Source of the DNA: Amoeboaphelidium protococcarum X5
Taxonomy: Eukaryota > Fungi > Aphelidiomycota
NCBI GenBank assembly: GCA_023515725.1
Contig: JALDTO010000259.1
Location: 1-5,648, forward strand
Length of the DNA: 5,648 nt
Direction of reading: 5' to 3'
The number at the start of each line of letters is the position of its first letter. The stretch's first letter is position 1. The notes under the pieces are model-generated. The model ran no database searches and was not told the DNA's origin. It saw only the letters and a list, made by a program, of their open reading frames with translations. Positions 1 to 5,648 of this stretch are shown here, one piece after another. The position numbers were made by a program, and so were the translations under genes.

Positions 1-532
1 AATTTCCACGTGTGTCACCCCCTGATGACATTAACACTTTACAGTTCTTCTTCACTTATCTTGGCTTCTGCTTGTACAAAGTATATCTCTTTTAGCTAAG
101 CCAATACAAAGCAAAGTTTCATTATTCTATAGAATGGGCGTATTTTTGGCTTGCCCGTTTTCTCTTAATGACAACAAGATGGAACGCGCTCATGTGCGCA
201 AGGTGGTAAAATTTAAATTTATATCAATAGACATTGAGAATTTGGTGATACTAGCATTATTAATCAGTCATAACGTGCTATAAATGCGAAATTTTCACAT
301 GTATTAAAATCTTGAGAAAATGTATGGTATTCCATTGGCAAAAACATGGTGTCTTGGTTTGAGAGTTACCATTCCAGTTTTATCCCATACTACAATGCTT
401 CATCGTATATTTACGTAGTGGTAATCGCTAAGAATTTTGATAAAGTATTTGACAGATCAGCAAGGCCTTTTTCAGTTAAAGTCATAAACAATTCAGAACC
501 TGTTTCATTCTTTACATCCGGGAACGTTCGAA

Positions 533-1052
533 ATGAAAAAATCAAAATCTCGGTTTCGGCGACGGCCCTCACGATTATCCTGAGTACATTTAGCCTTCGT
601 GTCATGATTTTTTGATCACTGATATTACTGAAGAGAATCTGCGGGAAACTGCGCAATCGCTGGATGTTGAGTATTTGGGTGCTGCCTCATTTCCTAGGCG
701 ATTTCCTGCAATTGGCAATATCGTAGGCGGTAATCATCGCCTAATGATCAGTCTTGTGTGTCGTCGTCGAAGTCAGTAGGAAGCACCAGCCTTGAATGTC
801 GTGTTTCTTGTCAATACTGGTTCTCCCGTGTCGTATTTGTCGAACCGCGCCATGAAGGCATTGATGGGACACTGTGAAAACGTGCCGCAGATTCTATACG
901 TCTAAGTTCACAATGAGCGCGTTACTGAATTTCATTTATCACCACCTGGCTCTCATTTTGAAGATGTAAACTTATTGGGAATGGACTTTTTAATCAAGAA
1001 TCGTAGGTCACTTGTCATGAATTATGATGCTGATACGTTCACTCTTCAATGA
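533..1052 (+). pseudogene. Retropepsin-like (clan AA) aspartic peptidase homologue; catalytic Asp->Asn and apparent 5' frameshift (pseudogene, pseudoenzyme, or homopolymer sequencing error)
   Basis: With TAR=Gln, 537-1052 is open: KNQNLGFGDGPHDYPEYIQPSCHDFLITDITEENLRETAQSLDVEYLGAASFPRRFPAIGNIVGGNHRLMISLVCRRRSQQEAPALNVVFLVNTGSPVSYLSNRAMKALMGHCENVPQILYVQVHNERVTEFHLSPPGSHFEDVNLLGMDFLIKNRRSLVMNYDADTFTLQ*. It has FLVNTGS (804-824; canonical FLVDTGS/A) and LLGMDFL (972-992), the two retropepsin hallmarks. In-frame TAG 591, TAG 777 and TAA 903; ends TGA 1050-1052. The frame is closed upstream by TGA 534-536. ATG 533 (or the ORF from ATG 346) joins only through a 1-nt shift in the A6 run 536-541. The first in-frame ATG is 744. 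Confidence 0.7.
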
Positions 1053-1159
1053 AAGTTGCATGTAATATTGCACATACTTACTAAATTATATTCATTGTTC
1101 CTCTTTATACCTGTTCGTTTTGATAGTAATAAGATATTTTGGTATCCTTGTGATCTTCG

Positions 1160-1235
1160 CAATCTTTCGTTTCTTCTTTTCTTCTCCGAACGAACGAACG
1201 AGCGAGCGCACAGACCGACCGGGACTGAACACGCG
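1160..1235 (+). promoter_or_regulatory. Putative core promoter/5' UTR of TAF4: pyrimidine tract followed by CGAN tetramer repeats
   Basis: Lies within a 183-nt intergenic gap. TCTTTCGTTTCTTCTTTTCTTCTC is followed by (CGAA)3(CGAG)2CGCA at 1187-1210, just upstream of ATG 1236. Function is inferred from position only. Confidence 0.3.
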
Positions 1236-3842
1236 ATGAGTAATAACGGGTAGGATGCATTTAGTGGACTGACAGATGATGAGCTGACATAATTGCTGCT
1301 TGGTGGTGGCTCTACTTCTACTCAGTAGTCTTAACTGCCCTTTTAATAGTAGTAACAGTAGTAACCATAGCCAAGATAATAGCAGCAATCTTCTGGACCA
1401 AAGTAGAAGATGAATAATACTCTTCAATAGTCATAGCTTGCCTAGTCCATGACGGGCCAAAATTAATTGTTGAGGAATATGAATAATTAGAATTAATAGC
1501 TGAGTCAACTTGGCTTGGGGCTGAATAAGTCTTCCGGTCTCAGCGACTTGCAGTAGTAGCTTCTGCTGAGTAATTTGTTGCAGCAGTAATAGCAGCAGGT
1601 AGATTCTGGCGTTCTCAGTACTGGATAGTTCTAGTAATAGTAATAATAGTAATAGCCATTGTCTTAGTAATAGTTGCAGTGGCAATAGATTTTGCTTAAA
1701 CAGTAGTAGCAGCAAAAGCAATAAGCTCTGTAGTAGTAACTCAAGCAGTAGCCTCAGCTGCTTCAGTAATTGCTATAGAAAAATTAGTAGATGCTGCAGC
1801 AGAATTCGCAATCTGGATCTTAAAAGTATCAGTAGTAGAAGTAGAAATAGCCACCTCAGCAGTAACAACCTCAATAGAAACAAGCATAGTAATATCAGTT
1901 GCTGTAGTAATAGCAGCAACAATTCTAGCAGTAACAGTAGCAGTAATAAAAGTAATAGCAACCTGTGGCTAAACCGACTTAGAGCTCTAGAAATGCTGCA
2001 TTGAACCGTGCACTTGAGCCCTTTACTGATGAGGAGAAGAGGAAGATTGTTGCTGCTCTGTCTAAATTAATGGCCCATGAAATTAGTAAAGAGTAGTTTT
2101 TAGCGCATGTTTAGGAAGCTGTCGGCGTATAGGGACTGTAGTAGTTTATTGCTTTATACAGGTAGGAAGGCTCTCGCCAGTCATCATCTTCATCGACGCT
2201 TTCCAACGGTAGTAATACTTCTGATCCTTAATTGGCTTAGTAGTAGAGGTTGTAGTCGCAGTCGTAATAATCGCTTCAGAAACCATAATAATCTATGTAG
2301 CAGTAGTAGCAGAATTCGCGACTTAGTTTGAATGCTCTGCAATAGTTGCAGCAGCAGCAGTAATAGTCCGGATAGTCTTAATAGTAACTGCTTTAGTAGA
2401 TGTACGCGTAAATGCCGCAGATAAGTCAGCCTGCTTAGTAGTAATAGTAATTGCCTTAGTAGCAGTAATCATAGGCTTAGCTATTGTAGAAGTAGTTGTA
2501 GTATTTTCAGAATAATCCTATTTAACAGAGAACCTTACAGTCGAGTAGACAATCTGCTGCCAGTGCTAATCAAGATCTTAAACGAAAGACAGTTGATAGT
2601 TAAAGTGAGTAATAGGCCTCTTAGCAGTCTTCGTCAACTTCATCTGTTGCTGATTAGGATGAACATCCCTCTGGTAAACGACCTGCAGCTAAGAAGACCA
2701 AGACTGTATAAATTGCGCCTGTTCCTGCTTAGCCTGACGCTTTTACTAACGGCGTTGACATTTTCAAACTTGATGCTGGCTCCTTGTAAGATGTGATAAA
2801 ATACGCCGGCGTTGATTTGAAAGAGGAATCAGCTCTGCTTATGAAAGATTTAGATGCTCAGAAAGCGGCTGCTGCTGGTAGACGTAGTGGGCGCACCTCA
2901 TTAACTTAGTCGCCTACTTTGAAAAAGTCCAAGTCTTAACAGGCGCTCTAGCAGTCAAGTTCATCTAGAGCAGTATCATTGGAGTTAATTCTGAAGAAGG
3001 CTGTGGCAATGCTCGGTCTGAGTAAGTTGGATATCGATTGTCAGGATACTCTTGTCCTTGGGTTGGAGATTTATATGTAATAACTGATAGCAGCGACAAT
3101 TAAAGCATCTTTCGCAAGAGTAGAGGCCGGTAGAGATGCTTTTTAACTTGAGCTTGTTGACGGGCAGGATGCATTTTCAGATCTTCCTGCCAAGTATCAT
3201 AACACCAGGTCGCGTATTGGAGCTGTTAAACGACCTCTAGTGTGGCTGGAAAAGCATTATAGAGCAATAGATGTACAATTAACCAAAACACTGGGTGGTA
3301 GTGTCAGTTCAGAGGGATATGATGCATGGATGTAGTCTGGAGGTGAAGATTAAATGCAGCTTGACACATCTAGAACATTGACTGGCAGCCTTGAAGAGAT
3401 GGATTCTGGTTCCCAGGATGCTATGGACATTGATGTTCAGCAGTAATAGTAATCAGATTAACCACATGGTGATTAAGTTAAGAGCAAGTCAAGGCCAGTT
3501 TAGTCCAAGAAGAAGGAAGCTCCTCGTGAAGATGTGAAGGTTCGTGCTAAAATGACCAATGTTGCATTAGAAGCTGCCGGTCTAGGATCAAAATACTCAT
3601 GGATGACATCCTCCGCCGTGAATATTGCTCCAGCTACAACATCTGGTGGAAATAGCGATGCCTCTAGCAGTCAGACTAATTTAGCGGCTCCAAAGAAGGA
3701 TCTGGCCGGATTTGGTCTCCCGCGTCCATTGATCCGGTAGAAGACGTTGAAAGGACGTAAGGTGGAGATTGTGGATTTGGAATACGCTGGCAAAATTACT
3801 GGCTTAGTCCCTCGAAGGCTGCATTATCTTTTTGAAGGGTGA
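1236..3842 (+). CDS. TAF4: Transcription initiation factor TFIID subunit 4 (TAF4), 868 aa, intronless, translation table 6
   Basis: A single frame from ATG 1236 (MSNNGQDAFSGLTDDELTQLLL...) to TGA 3840-3842 with no internal TGA over 2607 nt, when TAA/TAG are read as Gln. TAF4 motifs: LQDVIKYAGVDLKEESALL (2784-2840), a histone-fold-like segment LELILKKAVAMLGLSKLDIDCQDTLVLGLEIYMQQLIAATIKASFAR (~2979-3119), KMTNVALEAAGLGSKYSWMT (fungal-type KYSWM, ~3549-3608) and terminal RKVEIVDLEY (TAF4 'R.I...D' motif). Confidence 0.92.
1322..1963 (+). repeat. Polyglutamine/Q-rich low-complexity tract 1 of TAF4, encoded by mixed TAG/TAA/CAG/CAA codons
   Basis: In-frame YAR codon runs, e.g. TAG TAA TAG TAA TAA TAG TAA TAG at 1632-1655 and TAG CAG TAA CAG TAG CAG TAA TAA near 1926-1949. 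Confidence 0.9.
1989..2159 (+). other. RST-like (RCD1-SRO-TAF4) alpha-helical domain within TAF4
   Basis: RNAALNRALEPFTDEEKRKIVAALSKLMAHEISKEQFLAHVQEAVGVQGLQQFIALY is a non-repetitive helical island between the two polyQ tracts. It resembles the RST pattern K(L)x3-EISK/R-x2-F-x3-(V/M)x3-VG-x3-L. Recognised by eye, with no HMM run. Confidence 0.6.
2229..2511 (+). repeat. Polyglutamine/Q-rich low-complexity tract 2 of TAF4
   Basis: In-frame runs such as CAG CAG CAG CAG TAA TAG and TAG TAG TAA TAG TAA, in the same frame as ATG 1236. Confidence 0.85.
2676..2702 (+). other. Candidate nuclear localisation signal KRPAAKKTK in TAF4
   Basis: Basic cluster resembling the nucleoplasmin KRPAATKK NLS. 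A second cluster, LKRKT, lies ~30 codons upstream. Confidence 0.45.
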
Positions 3843-3943
3843 TCATGAACTTTCACGGTATCATACACATAACTTTATATAGCATCATATACTGTAGAAT
3901 TTGATTGTATTTTCCACTTTCTCTTCCAACAAAACTTTCAACA

Positions 3944-4578
3944 ATGTCATCAGTATTTAACCGTCTGAGATCCGCCTTTAGCGGTAGGAAGTTAGTTGGT
4001 AAAGACTTGAGTGGAAACAAGTTTTATGAGACTATTGAAGCTTAAGGAAGTATGTTCTGTAATCTGTTAAGTGTTTAGATTTTCGATTAAACATCGTGTA
4101 GAATCTCCCAGAAGAATGGTGGTGATCAAAGGTCATTATGGCGATTCTAGCTCAATGTCACCGCAAACGTATATATCAGACAATATTGCGCGTAATTTTT
4201 CATATGATATCCATATTATTGATGTATTTACGATTAAATGAATTGGTAGCACAATGGAAAGCGTGGTTGGCTCATACTAGAAGTGACGCGCCTACTCTGG
4301 AGGTGTGATTAATCGAATTTTTATTGGGCGAATCTGAATAGCTAAATCAATTAATTGTAGGAGTTGGCGGCTGACATTTAGCGATAAGAAGTTCTTAAGC
4401 AACGAGTGGAATAGCTTGAAGTGTAATACGAATAAGTAAGCTGTTTTGCCTCTTTAATGAATGTACATATCGTATCGCTGTGTAGGAGAAGCTTCTGGAG
4501 TACGAATCAAAAAGGAAATAGCTACATCTCATGGAAGATCGATCACCAAAGGATTAAAATAATCGTCGCAACAATTGA
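3944..4578 (+). CDS. NDUFAF2: NDUFA12/NDUFAF2 (B17.2-like) family protein, most like complex I assembly factor NDUFAF2; 138 aa; exons 3944-4049, 4102-4191, 4250-4302, 4361-4435, 4486-4578
   Basis: The spliced product (417 nt, table 6) is MSSVFNRLRSAFSGRKLVGKDLSGNKFYETIEAQGKSPRRMVVIKGHYGDSSSMSPQTYISDNIAPQWKAWLAHTRSDAPTLEELAADIQRQEVLKQRVEQLEVQYEQEKLLEYESKRKQLHLMEDRSPKDQNNRRNN*. It has the family motifs LVGxDxxGNKFYE, RRxV and PQWxAWLxHTRxxxPTxEE. The short N-terminus and the C-terminal helical RQxxLK tail favour NDUFAF2 over NDUFA12. Four GT-AG introns restore the frame at each junction. Confidence 0.88.
4050..4101 (+). other. Spliceosomal intron 1 of NDUFAF2 (52 nt)
   Basis: GTATGT...GATTAAAC...TGTAG; phase 1; joins QG-K-SPRRMV. 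Confidence 0.85.
4192..4249 (+). other. Spliceosomal intron 2 of NDUFAF2 (58 nt)
   Basis: GTAATT...GATTAAAT...GGTAG; phase 1; splicing creates the conserved IA-P-QW. Confidence 0.87.
4303..4360 (+). other. Spliceosomal intron 3 of NDUFAF2 (58 nt)
   Basis: GTGTGA...GCTAAAT...TGTAG; phase 0; removes an in-frame TGA and joins PTLE|EL. Confidence 0.87.
4436..4485 (+). other. Spliceosomal intron 4 of NDUFAF2 (50 nt)
   Basis: GTAAGC...TGTAG; phase 0; joins YEQ|EKLL. Confidence 0.78.
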
Positions 4579-5410
4579 ATGTATTTACTTATACTAATTT
4601 CATTCTTGTTTCTAGTTCAACTCACCTAAAGTTTCAGACCCAAATGCCTCGTTGTGGGCAATGATTGTTAGGAGCTTACTGTAGCTGACGTAATCACGAT
4701 GAATTTAGTGAAACGCGAAAGCTCCTCATCATAGTCTCTTCTCCAGCAGATTGTTTTGACTATGACATTGCCAGCTTGAAATATTGAAGTATTAATGATA
4801 ACAATTTATCGTGGAAGCAATTGTTTTCCATTGAGACAGTTGGCTTCTTAGGTTAGTTATCCTTCAGGTGTCCTCACTAGTCATTGGCCTAGTGAAATTT
4901 AAGTAACAATCACATGACTTATCACGTATTAAATTTAAATTATCTACTCACTAACCCGTTCAACTACTAGTCACTCTCGACAATAATGGTATCAGTATCG
5001 TCTTCAGTATGCCGGACCCCATCTGCGCAAGCACATGGTAAATTTGATCGTGTTGTCAGACAGTGCGTTCCGCTATTTGGTAATTAGACTATCACTTAAA
5101 GAAATAGTGTCGCAGGTTTCTTGCTCTATCTAGGCATTATAGTAGTTCAAATAAGAAAACTAAACTTCAATTACAATTTCCTATATTTCCTATTCAGAAT
5201 AAAACATTCATTTAATATTCCCAAATTTAAGCAAATTGATGCCATCACTTCCAGTCTTCTCAACCATCAGATCAATCCTCTCGCGTGCAACCAGATTGCG
5301 CGATAATAGTCAATGCATACGATGAGATGAAGCAGACGTAACAACTACGTGATCGTATTATTGAAGCGGTTGAGAGCCGCTCGCTGCACCTGGCCTGGCT
5401 AGGGTTAGGT

Positions 5411-5647
5411 TCAGCTGGCGGCTGAAGAATGTTGAGGTAGCCGAGACATGTTTGCCCAACACTACTGATAACAGATGTTGCCCCACAACGGCGTAGCATC
5501 GACATTCTTTTACAACTAGTATATCACCAGGGCATCATAGATACCAGCGTTAGCTGCATTCATGTAATCGTCTTCCAGATGATACTGGCGGAGTGCTTGT
5601 TTCCTACTACTTCTTTACAGAGTCCCTCTTGTTGCTGACTCGTCTCT
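5411..5647 (-). CDS. Possible 3' end of an unidentified gene, or a degenerate coding relic, entering from the right edge
   Basis: The table-6 frame is open from the window edge: RDESATRGTLQRSSRKQALRQYHLEDDYMNAANAGIYDALVIYQLQKNVDATPLWGNICYQQCWANMSRLPQHSSAAS*. GC is higher than in the flanking spacer, but I recognise no motif, and ORFs of this length arise by chance in a one-stop code. Confidence 0.2.
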
Positions 5648-5648
5648 T

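Noticed and set aside
1-320. Short table-6 ORFs on both strands, an E-box CACGTG (7-12) and the AT palindrome AAATTTAAATTT (~209-220)
   Set aside because: No homology recognised; such ORFs and short motifs are expected by chance.
346-656. ORFs 346-615 (+) and 411-656 (-) as independent genes
   Set aside because: They have no recognisable motifs and both overlap the protease-like frame. Only the 5' part of 346-615 might be its displaced N-terminus.
537-1052. LTR-retrotransposon or retroviral protease
   Set aside because: No gag, RT, RNase H, integrase or LTR is visible. The frame ends just after the protease domain and is followed closely by a housekeeping gene.
1092-1961. Minus-strand poly-Leu ORFs (1092-1427, 1431-1721, 1773-1961) resembling signal or membrane peptides
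   Set aside because: These are antisense shadows of the TAF4 polyQ: TAA/TAG/CAA/CAG reverse-complement to TTA/CTA/TTG/CTG, all Leu.
2107-2796. Plus-strand standard-code ORFs 2107-2331 and 2563-2796
   Set aside because: They are out-of-frame overlaps of TAF4 with no recognisable protein features.
3534-3740. 68-aa ORF as a stand-alone gene
   Set aside because: It is a TAR-free fragment of the TAF4 frame; its 'stop' is TAG (Gln) and the frame continues to TGA 3842.
1236-3842. TAF4 as a stop-riddled pseudogene, or the TAG/TAA runs as a non-coding microsatellite or CRISPR-like array
   Set aside because: There are no frameshifts and no TGA in 868 codons, conserved motifs are intact, the repeats are strictly in codon phase, and there is no repeat-spacer structure.
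5400-5409. TAGGGTTAGG telomere-like motif
   Set aside because: Fewer than two full TTAGGG units, which is compatible with chance.
5121-5505. Standard-code ORFs 5121-5306 (+) and 5272-5505 (-)
   Set aside because: The first spans AT-rich spacer-like DNA, and neither shows identifiable domains.

Overview
Compact eukaryotic nuclear DNA that reads properly only with a ciliate-type genetic code (TAA/TAG = Gln, TGA the sole stop; NCBI table 6), so the supplied standard-code ORF track misses all the real genes. Re-translated by hand, the + strand carries three genes in tandem. (1) A retropepsin-like (single-domain aspartic peptidase fold) gene at ~533-1052 with its catalytic Asp replaced by Asn and no in-frame start for the N-terminal part, so it is a probable pseudogene or pseudoenzyme. 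(2) An intronless 868-aa TFIID subunit TAF4 (1236-3842) with two polyQ tracts, an RST-like helical domain and a fungal-type C-terminus. (3) A 5-exon NDUFAF2/NDUFA12-family complex I assembly factor (3944-4578). Bases 1-320 and 4580-5648 contain nothing I can identify. TAR=Gln, a fungal-style TAF4, complex I and ~55-nt introns best fit the aphelid Amoeboaphelidium protococcarum or a relative (inference). The code itself is known biology. The more novel leads are the RST-like domain in a fungal-type TAF4 and the catalytically altered protease.
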